From positions 843,764 through 907,763 of the forward strand of contig CAWCKX010000002.1 in assembly GCA_963796235.1 (NCBI GenBank): a stretch of DNA of 64,000 nucleotides, written 5' to 3'. This stretch comes from an uncultured cyanobacterium. Its GTDB lineage: Bacteria; Cyanobacteriota; Cyanobacteriia; Phormidesmidales; Phormidesmidaceae. Under the pieces are notes generated by a model that was given only the letters and a program-made list of their open reading frames with translations, made no database searches and was not told the DNA's origin. Positions 28,833 to 39,688 of this stretch are shown here, piece after piece (the stretch's first letter is position 1; each line of letters starts with the position of its first letter). Made by a program: the position numbers and the translations under genes.

Positions 28833-30857
28833 TCAGGACTCCGCTAAATAGGTGTAGCGATCCATGCCTGCTTTATAGTTAGCCATCAGCTTACGCGCCT
28901 CTTCGAGCGTAATTTTCCCCGATTGCAGGGCTTGCTCAGAGCGCCGCCGAATTTGCTCCACCATAGTCTCTGGGTCGTACTGCACCTGCTGTAGTACCTC
29001 ATGAGTGGTGTTGCCGCGTACGACATGCTCGATAGTGTAGCCCTGCTGCGTTTTGGCTTTTGAAGCCAGGTGAATATGAACGGTGTTGGTATCGCCAAAC
29101 AAATTGTGCAAGTTGCCCAGCGTCTCTTGGTAAGCGCCGACCAAAAACATACCCAGGTAGTAGGGCTTTCCTGGCTTGAGGGCGTGCAGCTCTAGCACTT
29201 CTTTTTGACCTTTTTTGCCAATGAAGCGGGCGATTTTGCCATCGCTGTCACAGGTGAGGTCGGCTAGAGTGCCTCTCTGGGTGGGTTCTTCTTCTAGGCG
29301 GTGAATCGGCAAAATGGGAAAGAGCTGCTCAATCGCCCAGCTATCTAAGGCTGACTGAAATAAAGATAGGTTGATGTAGTAGATAGAGGCCATGCTCTGT
29401 TCGAGGTGTTCTAGCTCTTCGGGAATGGAGTCTTGCTGGCGCAGCAGGGTGACAATTTTTTGGCAGCAGGCCCAGTACAGCCTTTCGATGCGGGCGCGCT
29501 CGGCCAGGCGTAAATAGCCAAAGCTAAACAGGCTGGCGGCTTTTTGCTTAAATTCTACGGCGTCGTGAAAGACTTCTTGATAGTTTTCAGCGTTGACACT
29601 GGTATATATTTCCCAAAGCTCGCGCACGAGCCGGTGTTCGTCTATCTGGTAGGGCTGAGGGCTGCTGTAGCTGGCTTCGCTGGTGCCGAGCACGTCAAAT
29701 ATAAGGACGGATTGGTGAGAGGCGATCGCCCGTCCGCTTTCACTCACCAACGTTGGCATGGTCACTTCCCGAGCGGTACAGACATCCTTAACCTCAGAAA
29801 CTACGTCATTGGCATAGTTTTGAATGCTGTAGTTTTTTGACCCTTGGGAGCTGGTTTTAGAGCCATCGTAATCAACGCCAAGGCCGCCGCCGACATCGAG
29901 ATAGCCCATCGGCGCGCCCAATTCGACCAGTTCTACATAGATTTGGCAGGCTTCGCGCAGGGCGTCTTTAATTACACTGATGGCCGAGACCTGAGAGCCG
30001 ATGTGAAAGTGCAGCAGTTCTAGACTAGAGAGCAGGTCGGCGGCCTTGAGCTTTTCGATGACAGTGACAATTTCTGGAATGCTGAGGCCAAATTTAGCCC
30101 GATCGCCAGCGCTGTCTCCCCAACGGCCCGAGCCTTTGGCGGCGAGCTTGGCCCGAACGCCGAGTACAGGCTGAATGCCGAGGCGACGGCTGGCGGCGAT
30201 CGCAACTTCCACCTCTTCCACCTGCTCTAAAACGATGATCGTCTTTTGCCCCAGGCGCTGGCCCAGCATAGCCGTCTCAATATAAGAGTCGTCTTTATAG
30301 CCATTGCAGATAATCAGTGCGCCAGGCGTATCTAAGCTAGCCAGGGCAATCATTAGCTCCGGCTTAGTGCCCGCTTCTAAACCAAACTGATAGGCTTTGC
30401 CAAAGCGCACCAGGTCTTCAACAATGTGCCGCTGCTGATTGCACTTAACCGGAAAAACGCCCTGATAAATCCCTTCATAGCTATAGCGGGCGATCGCCTT
30501 GGCAAAGCAGGCGTTAATCCGCTCTAGGCGGTCTGCCAAAATCTCCGAAAAGCGAATCAGCACCGGCAGCTGAAAATCTCGCTGTTTGAGCCCAGTGACG
30601 AGCTTGTACAGGTCTAAAGAGCCCCCGCGATCGCCCTGCGGAGACACCGTCACATTGCCCGTCGCATTAATTGCAAAGTAAGGCTCTCCCCACCCGCGAA
30701 TGCGGTAGAGCTCTTCACTGTCTTCCACAGTCCACTCGGCGGGCGCAGCCACTGGGCGCGCCTCGGAGCGATCTGAGCCATCGCCCTGAGTATCGGCAGC
30801 AGCAGCATCCGTAGAGAAATGGTCAGAGAAATTATCGGCAACAGGATTTAAAGGCAT
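28833..30857 (-). CDS. speA: Biosynthetic arginine decarboxylase
   Basis: FPVKCNQ (PLP Lys), HFHIGSQ, DVGGGLGVDYDGS, DLTCDSDG, HNLFG. Confidence 0.96.
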   Translation of the reverse strand: MPLNPVADNFSDHFSTDAAAADTQGDGSDRSEARPVAAPAEWTVEDSEELYRIRGWGEPYFAINATGNVTVSPQGDRGGSLDLYKLVTGLKQRDFQLPVLIRFSEILADRLERINACFAKAIARYSYEGIYQGVFPVKCNQQRHIVEDLVRFGKAYQFGLEAGTKPELMIALASLDTPGALIICNGYKDDSYIETAMLGQRLGQKTIIVLEQVEEVEVAIAASRRLGIQPVLGVRAKLAAKGSGRWGDSAGDRAKFGLSIPEIVTVIEKLKAADLLSSLELLHFHIGSQVSAISVIKDALREACQIYVELVELGAPMGYLDVGGGLGVDYDGSKTSSQGSKNYSIQNYANDVVSEVKDVCTAREVTMPTLVSESGRAIASHQSVLIFDVLGTSEASYSSPQPYQIDEHRLVRELWEIYTSVNAENYQEVFHDAVEFKQKAASLFSFGYLRLAERARIERLYWACCQKIVTLLRQQDSIPEELEHLEQSMASIYYINLSLFQSALDSWAIEQLFPILPIHRLEEEPTQRGTLADLTCDSDGKIARFIGKKGQKEVLELHALKPGKPYYLGMFLVGAYQETLGNLHNLFGDTNTVHIHLASKAKTQQGYTIEHVVRGNTTHEVLQQVQYDPETMVEQIRRRSEQALQSGKITLEEARKLMANYKAGMDRYTYLAES

Positions 30858-31322
30858 GTTAAGCAGTTGAATTCACTGAGGCAAAAGGCTCTAGGTCTAA
30901 CAGGTCTACGCAAACAATCAAAAGACTCTCAATTAAAAACCTTCAAGTAGAAAACCTTCAACTCAAACAGCCTGGCGATTTTTGTTGACCCTATCAGCTT
31001 GCAGTCTACCTTGCCACCTCCACTGGTTAGCCGCCGTTATGATCAGCGGCCAGCCTATCTACGTAGAACCACGGGTATGAGATGGCTAAACTGCCAAAAT
31101 AAAAAGTTCGCTACGAGCCAAGACGAAGATCACGGTAACTTCTCACCTAAAATCGTATAGTCTCTGTAAACTTAAGAACCTATCCCAGCATACCTACCTA
31201 GATGCTGCAATACTGCTATTTATCAAGCATGATCATGGCGGCTGCGGGATTCAACCTCTGTATTTTGAGTGGGCACCCCGACCTTCTGAAAGATTGCACA
31301 TCTTGGGTTCGTTATCTACGTC

Positions 31323-31397
31323 TTCTCCAAAGACAGGTTCTCCAAAGGCAGGTTCTCCAAAGGCAGGTTCTCCAAAGGCAGGTTCTCCAAAGGCAGG
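31323..31397. repeat. 15-bp tandem repeat CAGGTTCTCCAAAGG (about 5 copies)
   Basis: Visible directly. Source of the spurious LQRQV-repeat ORF. Confidence 0.88.
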
Positions 31398-31464
31398 CCG
31401 CTGGCAAACTTTGTTCTCTGTACTTCACCCCGATTCAAACTCTCTATAATAGGTACCCCAAGTC

Positions 31465-32157
31465 ATGAGGTATTCTCCTCCCTCCACCGTAGACATATCG
31501 ACTGAGCCAGCTGCAAACGCATCGGCCTCTAAGCAGATTAGTGTTGTTTCGGTCATCTGGCAGTCGCTCGTTGTTGACATTTTTTTGATCGGGATATCGC
31601 TGCTGATGGGTCTGCTCTTTAGCAGCGCTGTAGGCGTGGTAGAGGGGACTAACAACCTGGGTAGTCTTATGCTCAGACCCGCCCCCTGGTTTATCTATCT
31701 AGTCTGCGCCGTTGGCCCGCTGATCTATTTGCTAGTCGATGTTGTGAGCACGCTGAGCGGCCCGGCTGCGCTGCCCTTTGCCCGATCTTCCGCTGGTCTA
31801 AGGGCGATCTATGCCAAGCGGGTTCATCTGCTGCTGCTGGCGTTTTATTTCACCTCAATTTTAGTAGCACTATGCTGGTCGGCCCCGTCCATGCTGCTGA
31901 CCTCTAAGCTGTTTGTATCGGCAGTATTCGGCATTGCGCTCTATGCGCTCGGTCAGAGCATTCCGTCGCAGCGCCTGAGCTTTGTGGTCTCTGGCATTTT
32001 ATTTATGGTGGTCTTAGTCACTACGCAAGTGTTTATTGTGACGCGGGTGCAGGCCGATGCAAACAAGGCTGGGCAAGAAGCCCTTGACGAGCTGACAAAC
32101 CCCAATGGCGATGTCAAGGAAGATAAGGGAATTCTCTTTGATGATTCTGAACCGTAA
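31465..32157 (+). CDS. Hypothetical membrane protein
   Basis: About 5 hydrophobic segments. Confidence 0.65.
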   Translation: MRYSPPSTVDISTEPAANASASKQISVVSVIWQSLVVDIFLIGISLLMGLLFSSAVGVVEGTNNLGSLMLRPAPWFIYLVCAVGPLIYLLVDVVSTLSGPAALPFARSSAGLRAIYAKRVHLLLLAFYFTSILVALCWSAPSMLLTSKLFVSAVFGIALYALGQSIPSQRLSFVVSGILFMVVLVTTQVFIVTRVQADANKAGQEALDELTNPNGDVKEDKGILFDDSEP

Positions 32158-32176
32158 GACGGCAGCAGTCAGGCGA

Positions 32177-33787
32177 CTAGCTCAGCTGAACGACACTCTG
32201 ATTGTTCATTAGGGTTTCTGAGGTCAGCAAATCTTCTACGGTCATTCTGAGAAATCGGTTGGCGTCAATGCTGAAAAGGATGCGGACGCGATCGCTACCC
32301 GGAAACCCCGGTGGCGTCAGCTTAGCAATCGTCCGGGCACCTTCGCTGTCATTGAGCGCCTGTACCTGCGGATCGCCGCTTGCGCTGGTCTGACGGGTCA
32401 TCAGCTGATCGCCCTCAAAGTAAACTTCAGTATCAGTTTGGGCTGCACCAATCTCCCCTAAGATCAGCTCAATGCTGGGCTGCTTTTCACTAGAGGCTCC
32501 CAAAAAAAGCTCAATGGGCGCGGCTGTCGGGTAGGGCTGTCCGGGCTGAATAATCGGATGCCAGCTGTGAGCATTGCGGCGGCGATCCCAATAGCGAATG
32601 CCATAGCTGTGATAGAGAAAGTCTTGCAGCTGAGTAGTTTGCAGGCTCAGTGCGCCTTGAGCAACGGCTTCAAAGGGGCGATCGCCACAAATTTTGTCAG
32701 CGTCAAAGTGGCGCGCCACCCAAGACTGCACCGCCGGAATTTGAGCAGTGCCTCCCACCAGCAGTACCGCATCAATATCTTGAGCGCTGATGCTCTGGCG
32801 CTGAGCCTGCTGCAACACCTGATCTAGGCGGCTGTCTAATCGATGAAAAAAGCCTTTGTCAGTCAGAATTTGCTCAAAGCGATCGCGCTCTAGCGTCAGT
32901 TCGTAACTGTCTAGCGTCTCCTCATCAAAATAGGCTTCGGTCGCGGTCGGCGCAGTCGAAAGAGCAATCTTCAGCCGCTCGACTAGGCGCAGCGTCACAG
33001 CGGTCATAGGCAGCGCCTGAGTCTCTGTAAAGTAGTCGGCTAGCCATCTATCAATATCAGCGCCGCCCAAATTTTCGCCTGCTTTGGCCACCACACGCAC
33101 CGTTTTTGCAGTCTGCTGAGCGCCCCCCGCAGACTGAGCAGAAAATGATTTACCCCACTTGAGTAAAAACCCGAGCGGTCGGTCTACAGAGATAGTCGGC
33201 TGCACCAGCGAAAAATCTAGCGTGCCACCGCCAAAATCTATCACTAAGAGCGTGCGCTGAGCAGCGCTCAGCTGATAGCCCAAAGCTGCCGCTGTCGGTT
33301 CATCTAGCAGCCGCACCTGCTCAATCTCTAGCGACTGGCACACTTGACCCAGCCAAAGGCGGTAGGTCTCAAAGCTATCGACAGGCACCGTAAATACCAG
33401 CGAATTGAGCGTCGGATCTTGCTGCTTGAGCTGACCTATCACCTGATGTAAAAACCAGCTACCGATTTGTTCGAAAGAGAGCACCTGACCGTCTAGCTCA
33501 GGAATAAACCCCTGCACAGCAGCGCCAATGCCGCGCTTAAAATTGCGAAAAAACCGGGCGTCGCTGGCCAAATCTAACCCTCGATCGCGCACCTGCTGCC
33601 CGGCCACTGTCTTGGCTTGGCTAACCGTTGCCGCCGCCTGTTCGACGTAAAGCAAACTAGGCACCAGCGGCGGATTGGCCTTAACCTGCGCTGAGAGAGA
33701 CGGCAGCAAAAGCGTCTCTGGCATTTGGGTAGCCGCATTCCAGCGGGCAATTACCGTATTACTGGTGCCAAAATCAATGGCGTACAT
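32177..33787 (-). CDS. Hsp70-family protein
   Basis: AIDFGTSNT, DEPTAAAL, VIDFGGGTLD, LLVGGT. Confidence 0.9.
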   Translation of the reverse strand: MYAIDFGTSNTVIARWNAATQMPETLLLPSLSAQVKANPPLVPSLLYVEQAAATVSQAKTVAGQQVRDRGLDLASDARFFRNFKRGIGAAVQGFIPELDGQVLSFEQIGSWFLHQVIGQLKQQDPTLNSLVFTVPVDSFETYRLWLGQVCQSLEIEQVRLLDEPTAAALGYQLSAAQRTLLVIDFGGGTLDFSLVQPTISVDRPLGFLLKWGKSFSAQSAGGAQQTAKTVRVVAKAGENLGGADIDRWLADYFTETQALPMTAVTLRLVERLKIALSTAPTATEAYFDEETLDSYELTLERDRFEQILTDKGFFHRLDSRLDQVLQQAQRQSISAQDIDAVLLVGGTAQIPAVQSWVARHFDADKICGDRPFEAVAQGALSLQTTQLQDFLYHSYGIRYWDRRRNAHSWHPIIQPGQPYPTAAPIELFLGASSEKQPSIELILGEIGAAQTDTEVYFEGDQLMTRQTSASGDPQVQALNDSEGARTIAKLTPPGFPGSDRVRILFSIDANRFLRMTVEDLLTSETLMNNQSVVQLS

Positions 33788-33805
33788 AGCCTAAATCGGG
33801 GGTAA

Positions 33806-34336
33806 TTAAAGAGTTTTGCTGAGAAAACCAATGAGGCCGCCTAAGCCAGCGCCAGCAAAGCCAGTGCCAATAAGGACGATCAAGCGCTGCTGATAGTCCA
33901 TAATCCGGATTAGCCTGTCGCTGATCTGATCGCTGACAATTACTGCTGCCGCTGCCAGCATGATTGCTAACAGGGTGAGCACGACTAGGCCCAGCAGCGC
34001 TACCAAAAAGCTGATATTGTCAAAAGCCTGGTCGCCGCCAATGTAGTTAGCAGCGATCGCCAGCGCCACCACTAGCAGCAAGGCTCCCGGATAAATCAAC
34101 AGGCGCGATCGCGCCGAGTCAGCACTCAAATCGAGCGGGCTCAAGCCCACAGCAACCAGCGGTATAGCCAGCGCCACCAGCACCCATATCCAGTAGGGCG
34201 GAGCAGGCACCGACAGCAACAGCCCCATCAGCACATAGAGCAAAAACAAAATGCCAATTAGCACCCACGGCATGAGCGGCTTGGCCGCACGGCGGCGGCG
34301 AGCTAGGCGCGGCGGATTAGGGCTAGATCCTGCCAT
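33806..34336 (-). CDS. Hypothetical membrane protein
   Basis: Several TM helices, co-oriented with Hsp70. Confidence 0.6.
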   Translation of the reverse strand: MAGSSPNPPRLARRRRAAKPLMPWVLIGILFLLYVLMGLLLSVPAPPYWIWVLVALAIPLVAVGLSPLDLSADSARSRLLIYPGALLLVVALAIAANYIGGDQAFDNISFLVALLGLVVLTLLAIMLAAAAVIVSDQISDRLIRIMDYQQRLIVLIGTGFAGAGLGGLIGFLSKTL

Positions 34337-34471
34337 TGACTCAAGTCAGTCCTGAAATCAGCTTCAATGGGCGACGAGGGCAAAAAACAACGAGCGTCCG
34401 TTGGGCAATTGCTTAAAGCAGTATAGCCGGGAGGCGGCGATCAGCCACAAAAGTCGGTTGGGTCAGGCAGG

Positions 34472-34933
34472 TTAAGCCGCAACCAGACCAAATTCTTGAG
34501 CGGCTGGCATAAAGTTGAGGTTTTCATGACTCGAACGGCTGAGCTTAATGAGCGCAAATCGCTGTAGCTCATTCAAGCTAGCCCACTGCTGCACAGACAT
34601 CGGCACCTGATGGGCCTGACACTTTTCCAATACTGGCGTAGGAATAGCCGAAAGATCTTTCCAGGGAGGCTGCGGTAAGATCTCTAAGGTTTTAGCGGGT
34701 GAGCCGGTGCGTTGAGTGATCAGAGTTTGCAGGCGATCGCCATACGCTTGAGCTGCCGCTGGCGTGTCGCAGGGCCATTCCACCAAAGCCTGCCGCTCAG
34801 CCTGAGTCAGATGATTCCAATGCGCTAGCTTCAGCTTGACGCCACAGGCATCTAAACGATGACGCACCACCATCGGAATGCAGCGCAAAGAACCTACAAA
34901 GTCTTGCTCAAACTCAAAGAATGGCGACGCCAT
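34472..34933 (-). CDS. Nitrate reductase-associated protein (NarM-like)
   Basis: FFEFEQDFVGSLRCIPMVVR...GVKLKL...LQRFALIKLSR...HEN. Confidence 0.85.
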   Translation of the reverse strand: MASPFFEFEQDFVGSLRCIPMVVRHRLDACGVKLKLAHWNHLTQAERQALVEWPCDTPAAAQAYGDRLQTLITQRTGSPAKTLEILPQPPWKDLSAIPTPVLEKCQAHQVPMSVQQWASLNELQRFALIKLSRSSHENLNFMPAAQEFGLVAA

Positions 34934-35596
34934 AAGGAATGCCCAAACGAATACTTTTAGCAGAACAGCCGATCCGTATTGCTAGATCCGCGCAGTCAAC
35001 TCTACACAGTGCCGGAGAAAACCCAGAAAGAACCCGGAGAAAACGAATTCTAGACAGCAGTATACCGCTACCCGTCTGGCTAAGCACCTCAGGCTAAGCA
35101 TCTCAAAGAATTGACCCAAGACCATAGCAAAAATCAGGCAGCGTCAGTGTGAACACAATCACCCGGTGACAGCGGACGTAGCCGCAAAGCAGAGGCCACA
35201 AACCTCACATCTTTACCGAGGGAAGAGGGCCTAGGTCGCAGATTTCTATCTCAGGTAGCGCTTTGCCTTTTCACCTTGACTGTTTAGAAAAGTTAAGGGA
35301 AACTAAAAATGTCAAGGGTAGGCACTCTTACCCATTGCTAAGAACTATTAAGTTTTGATGCAATGTCCCTAGATAAATTCAGGGACATTGACTACGATTA
35401 AAGAACGATGTAAAGGATTTGTCAGGCGCAAGCTCAACAGTAGATTTATGGGCTCTATGGGCAATTTATAGACCTGTAGCCCAGCTGCGAAGAGCCTTTC
35501 CGTGAGGAACGGCAGCCTAGGGCGGCGGCATGACAAACGGCATAACGAAGCTTGTCTACAGCCTTTTCCGAGTTCAGCTATTTGGCGGTTGTTTTT

Positions 35597-35806
35597 ATGG
35601 AAACGCTTGAGTTTGTGATCTATCCGGATGGCCGGGTGAAGGAGACCGTAACTGGCATCGTCGGTGCCTCTTGCGCTGAGGTGACCGCTGCTATTGAAGC
35701 TCAGCTAGGGCAAGTCGTCGCTCAAAGCAAGTCTTCTGAATTTTACGCTCAGCCTGTTCAGGTCTCTGATGTGGCTCGCTCGCAGGTGTCTGAAAACCGC
35801 TGGTAG
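35597..35806 (+). CDS. DUF2997 protein
   Basis: METLEFVIYPDGRVKETVTGIVGASC, with ATG at 35597. Confidence 0.85.
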   Translation: METLEFVIYPDGRVKETVTGIVGASCAEVTAAIEAQLGQVVAQSKSSEFYAQPVQVSDVARSQVSENRW

Positions 35807-35993
35807 CCTGTTGGCAGTTCTAAACTGGCATCGGCAAATTGGCTGCGGTTTTAGTTATTTAACTTAGTCACTTAATTTCACTTAACTTAAGTCACTCAAC
35901 TTAGATTAAACCTGAATTAAACCTGTGGCCTCTCTCATTTCGTTTTTCGCGACTGTTATTGATTTTTTGTGCTCATCTAGCCCGGTTTGAAAA

Positions 35994-36386
35994 ATGTCCC
36001 ATTTTAGCCAAATAAAAACTAAGCTTCGTAATCTCTCTTCTCTACAGCAGGCGCTGAGCGATGCGGGCGTACGCTGGCAGAGCGGCCCTCGGTCAGTCCG
36101 AGGCTATCAGGGAAAGACTGAGACTGCTGAGCTAGTCATTGAGCAAGACAATGGTTACGATTTAGGCTTTAAGCGCAGCGCTGAAAGCGGTGACTATGAG
36201 CTAGTGGCTGATTTGCAGTATTGGAAGCAGCCGCTCTCGGTAGATGGTTTTTTAAATCAGGTCACTCAGCGCTATGCCTACCATACGGTTTTAAACGAAT
36301 CTGCTAACCAGGGCTTTCAGGTCGCTGAGCAGGTAGACAATAAAGATGGTTCTATTCGCCTAGTGCTTCAGCGCTGGGGCGCGTAA
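35994..36386 (+). CDS. ycf35: DUF1257 / Ycf35 protein
   Basis: MSHFSQIKTK...YELVADLQYW...TQRYAY...DGSIRLVLQRW. Confidence 0.88.
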   Translation: MSHFSQIKTKLRNLSSLQQALSDAGVRWQSGPRSVRGYQGKTETAELVIEQDNGYDLGFKRSAESGDYELVADLQYWKQPLSVDGFLNQVTQRYAYHTVLNESANQGFQVAEQVDNKDGSIRLVLQRWGA

Positions 36387-36417
36387 ATCGGGATAGTAGG
36401 CCAGGATTGACTGGTGC

Positions 36418-36452
36418 AAAAACCTCGGCATATTGACAGCCGAGGTTTTTTT
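36418..36452 (+). terminator. Intrinsic terminator-like hairpin between ycf35 and the ferredoxin gene
   Basis: AAAAACCTCGGC...GCCGAGGTTTTTTT. Confidence 0.75.
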
Positions 36453-36523
36453 ATTAGCCGCAATCTGCAAGAGCTGATTCACATACAGATGACTCACGTA
36501 CAGACAATAGATAGGGAGCTAAG

Positions 36524-37042
36524 ATGGCTGACAATCGAGACGCATTGACGCTGAATAACGCTCTAGAAGGAGCATCGCTCTCTGGTGTGAGGGCTAACTA
36601 CCCAGGGCCTGCTGCCGCTGATGCAGACCAGCGCTCTGGGCTAGAACCAGAGCTGGGCGGGGCCCTCAGAGACGCTCAGTCGCGCTCCGGGTTAGAGCCA
36701 GAGCTGGGCGGACGCTTTCGCCAAACTGGAGTATACGTCGATGAGCTGACCTGCATTGGCTGTACTCATTGCGCTCATGTGGCACGCCGCACGTTTTACA
36801 TTGAGCCTGACTATGGTCGGGCGCGAGTGATTTGTCAAGACGGCGACTCAGAAGACTTAGTGCAAGAGGCGATTGATACTTGCCCAGTAAACTGCATTCA
36901 CCATGTAGACTATACCGAGCTAAGACAGTTAGAGCGCGATCGCCAGCATCAAGTAATTCCGGTGGTTGGTTTTCCTGTGGAAAAGGCAGTGGCGGCTGTT
37001 CAGAAGCGCCGACGGCAGGCTAAGCGCGCTCAGAAGCCATAA
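36524..37042 (+). CDS. Ferredoxin (4Fe-4S type)
   Basis: VYVDELTCIGCTHC...AIDTCPVNCI, with a duplicated RSGLEPELGG N-terminal motif. Confidence 0.88.
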   Translation: MADNRDALTLNNALEGASLSGVRANYPGPAAADADQRSGLEPELGGALRDAQSRSGLEPELGGRFRQTGVYVDELTCIGCTHCAHVARRTFYIEPDYGRARVICQDGDSEDLVQEAIDTCPVNCIHHVDYTELRQLERDRQHQVIPVVGFPVEKAVAAVQKRRRQAKRAQKP

Positions 37043-37059
37043 GCAGCAGCTACTGGCCG

Positions 37060-38517
37060 CTAAAATTTGGAAATTTGTACTTTTCCATCGGCTGTGAGTA
37101 TTAGGCGCAGGGTCAGCCCTGTATTAGCCGATTGAACCGTTCTACGGCTGCTATTAGCTGGGTCAGGGCTGATTGGGAATATGAGGGGTTGGCCGTTGGG
37201 GGGGAGCAAGCGATCGCGATACGCTTGAGCCGCCTCGTCAAGCGCTGCAAAGGTCACAACCTCACCCGATTCAGATAGCCGCATTTGATAGGCTAGCGGT
37301 TCTTGAGGGTTCGACAGATCAGGTTGCCAACGAGCTTCAAAATAGGTCTGGATCTGCGCTATTGTATTCGCCTCATCATCATCAGCTGGAGAAATCGGTG
37401 TTGGAGCGCTGGCCGCAGAGGGTTCTTCGGCAGAGAGGTCTTCGGCAGTAGTGGTATTGGGGTCAGACCTGCTGAGTGAGGGCGCTAGCGGCCCCGCTTG
37501 TCGGGCGGCGGCGGGTGCCTCTTCACCGATACCGGCAGAAATGTCGGCAGGCGCTGAGGCCAAAGATTCACTCGATTCGGTATTAGCTGGCTGACTAGGT
37601 GACGGGCCGGGCGGCTGTTTTTGGCGACTGTCGGCAGCGGGAGCGCGGCGACCCGTTGAGAGGCGCTCAGAAGGGCGCTCAGAAGGGCGCTCAGAAGAAC
37701 TAGCAGAAGGGCGCTCAGAACGATTGGGTAAAGCAGGTAACGGACTGCTATTTTCTGGCGTGGCGCTTGCAGCAGGGGTTTGTTGTGCGCTAGGGACAGA
37801 CGCTGCTGAAGAGTGATCTGAGGGGGACGGATTGTCTGAAGATTGCCCGGAGCGAGGGGCAGCAGCAGAATAGTCTGGTTCTGAGGCAACTTCTGGAGCA
37901 GAGGTGGTCGTCGTCTGGTTGACGTAGGGCCACAGCGTTGTGGTCAGGCCAATGACAAATACAGCGGCAGCAGCAGAACTGGCCCATAGCCTAGGACGAC
38001 GACGGACGGATGCTAATGAAATGAGATTGCTGCTGTCTTCGCTATTGGGCTCGGTGGTTCGTTCAGAAGGGCGGCTAGACGAACTACTAGCTGAGGCCAG
38101 ATCGATAGACACAGGCAACGGACGGACGGCCTGTTCGCACTGGTTAAGGACAGTCGTCAGGTCACAGAGCTGTAGATAGCTGAGAGGCGACGCTATTTGA
38201 CAGCCGGGCGGCAGCGGCGGCGCCGGGCGAGCTGCCTCCGCTTTAAAGCTAGCTAGCGCCAGAGTAGCGCGGGTCTGCTGCTGAATATAATGGGTAACTA
38301 ATTGGAGGGTTTGGCGATCGCCTTCAGCCACCAAAGTCGCAGCGGCCTGATCACTGGTCTGATCATGATCAACAGGTCGTAGCCATAGCTGAAACTGTAG
38401 CTGCTGAGCGATTAGCTGCGGCTGCCACTGCGACAGCGCCGAGAGATGCAGCGTCACATCAAGCGTACAGCTACCAGCGGTATAGCGTTGATGAACAGGG
38501 CTAGCTGACGAAGTCAT
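37060..38517 (-). CDS. DUF4335-like membrane-anchored protein
   Basis: RYTAGSCTLDV...SALSQW...LSYLQLCDLTTVL, one TM and a low-complexity C-terminus. Confidence 0.65.
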   Translation of the reverse strand: MTSSASPVHQRYTAGSCTLDVTLHLSALSQWQPQLIAQQLQFQLWLRPVDHDQTSDQAAATLVAEGDRQTLQLVTHYIQQQTRATLALASFKAEAARPAPPLPPGCQIASPLSYLQLCDLTTVLNQCEQAVRPLPVSIDLASASSSSSRPSERTTEPNSEDSSNLISLASVRRRPRLWASSAAAAVFVIGLTTTLWPYVNQTTTTSAPEVASEPDYSAAAPRSGQSSDNPSPSDHSSAASVPSAQQTPAASATPENSSPLPALPNRSERPSASSSERPSERPSERLSTGRRAPAADSRQKQPPGPSPSQPANTESSESLASAPADISAGIGEEAPAAARQAGPLAPSLSRSDPNTTTAEDLSAEEPSAASAPTPISPADDDEANTIAQIQTYFEARWQPDLSNPQEPLAYQMRLSESGEVVTFAALDEAAQAYRDRLLPPNGQPLIFPISPDPANSSRRTVQSANTGLTLRLILTADGKVQISKF

Positions 38518-38611
38518 GTTGCAGTATGTGGGCGCACAAATAACAGAATAGCGATCAATTAGCCCAAGGTTTAACCGGTTACCGATCTAGCAACACATGG
38601 CGAGGTTACGG

Positions 38612-39652
38612 CTACTCATCATCGTCTAGCGGTCGGGTCGGCGGGGCAATCACTCGGTAGTCCGCTTCATACACGCCATCAGGCCCCATTTGATCCACGC
38701 CATTTCGTTCGAGACTGGCATAGTCATCGGCATAGTCGTCGGCATAGTCATCGGCATAGCTATCAGCGATATCGTCACTATCAGCCCCATAAAGACCATC
38801 TGGATAAACCCTGCGGGTGTAGCCTGGCGCGCTGGGCGGCGGCGGATCGTCGTAGTTGTCAAAACTTTCCCAGCCTTGGTCAAGCTCATCATCGCTTTGA
38901 TAGCTCGGACGACGGTAGCGGCCATCTTCTGCGTAGCCGCTAGTTTGAGCCGCCGGCGACTCCCATCCGGAGGCAATATCGTCTGCTAAACGGTCGGGGC
39001 TTTCGCGCGTACCGCCGGGCCGAATAAAATCAAATAGACCCCGCTTGGCAGTATTTTGATCGGGCGCTACGGAGCCACGGGGCGAGCCACCTTCTTCGGC
39101 GTCCCAACTGTTACGTTGCTCTGGGGTGCGGCGATCGCCCCAGTCATCATCACGGCGGCGAGGGGCAGGGTCGGCGACCGCATCACTCTTTTTTTTTACC
39201 GAGGGGGGCGTTTCTTGTCCAGGCGGCGGGGTGACAAACGGCTTGTGAGCAGTGCGGGGCGGCAAATCTTGAGGCGAGCTAGGCGGTTGGGCAGGCGCAG
39301 GTTCGGTGACAAAGGCCGAAGAACTGCTGTAGCCAGGATTAGGCTTGGCGCTAGTTGGGGAACCGGACGGGCTAGCGTCGGGCAAAGTCGTACTGCCGGG
39401 GCTCTCTGGGTAGGGTACTCGTCTACCCATGGGGCGATACTTGCTTTCGGGCGGTCGCCGCAGGCCCACGAGCGCGTAGAGCAGCAGCGTTACTAAGGCA
39501 CCCACACAGACAGCCCCGAGTAGCAACAAACCAAAAGGGATCGCCACTGTCTTGCCGCTCAAAATGACCAGTGCGACGGCAGGAGACAGATTTTGCACCG
39601 TTAGCACTATCAGCGCAGCTAAAATCAGCAGCAGAATAATCAGTCGGGCCAT
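38612..39652 (-). CDS. LapA/DUF1049-like membrane protein with disordered tail
   Basis: LIVLTVQN...two TM...VYEADYRVI C-terminal motif. Confidence 0.65.
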   Translation of the reverse strand: MARLIILLLILAALIVLTVQNLSPAVALVILSGKTVAIPFGLLLLGAVCVGALVTLLLYALVGLRRPPESKYRPMGRRVPYPESPGSTTLPDASPSGSPTSAKPNPGYSSSSAFVTEPAPAQPPSSPQDLPPRTAHKPFVTPPPGQETPPSVKKKSDAVADPAPRRRDDDWGDRRTPEQRNSWDAEEGGSPRGSVAPDQNTAKRGLFDFIRPGGTRESPDRLADDIASGWESPAAQTSGYAEDGRYRRPSYQSDDELDQGWESFDNYDDPPPPSAPGYTRRVYPDGLYGADSDDIADSYADDYADDYADDYASLERNGVDQMGPDGVYEADYRVIAPPTRPLDDDE

Positions 39653-39688
39653 GATTGAGTACCTCCAGTGGGGGCAGTGGGGGCCGAT

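Noticed and set aside
31202-31468. ORF with LQRQV repeats (likewise 4906-5118 with LPVFV repeats)
   Set aside because: These are translations of intergenic tandem repeats with no other coding support.
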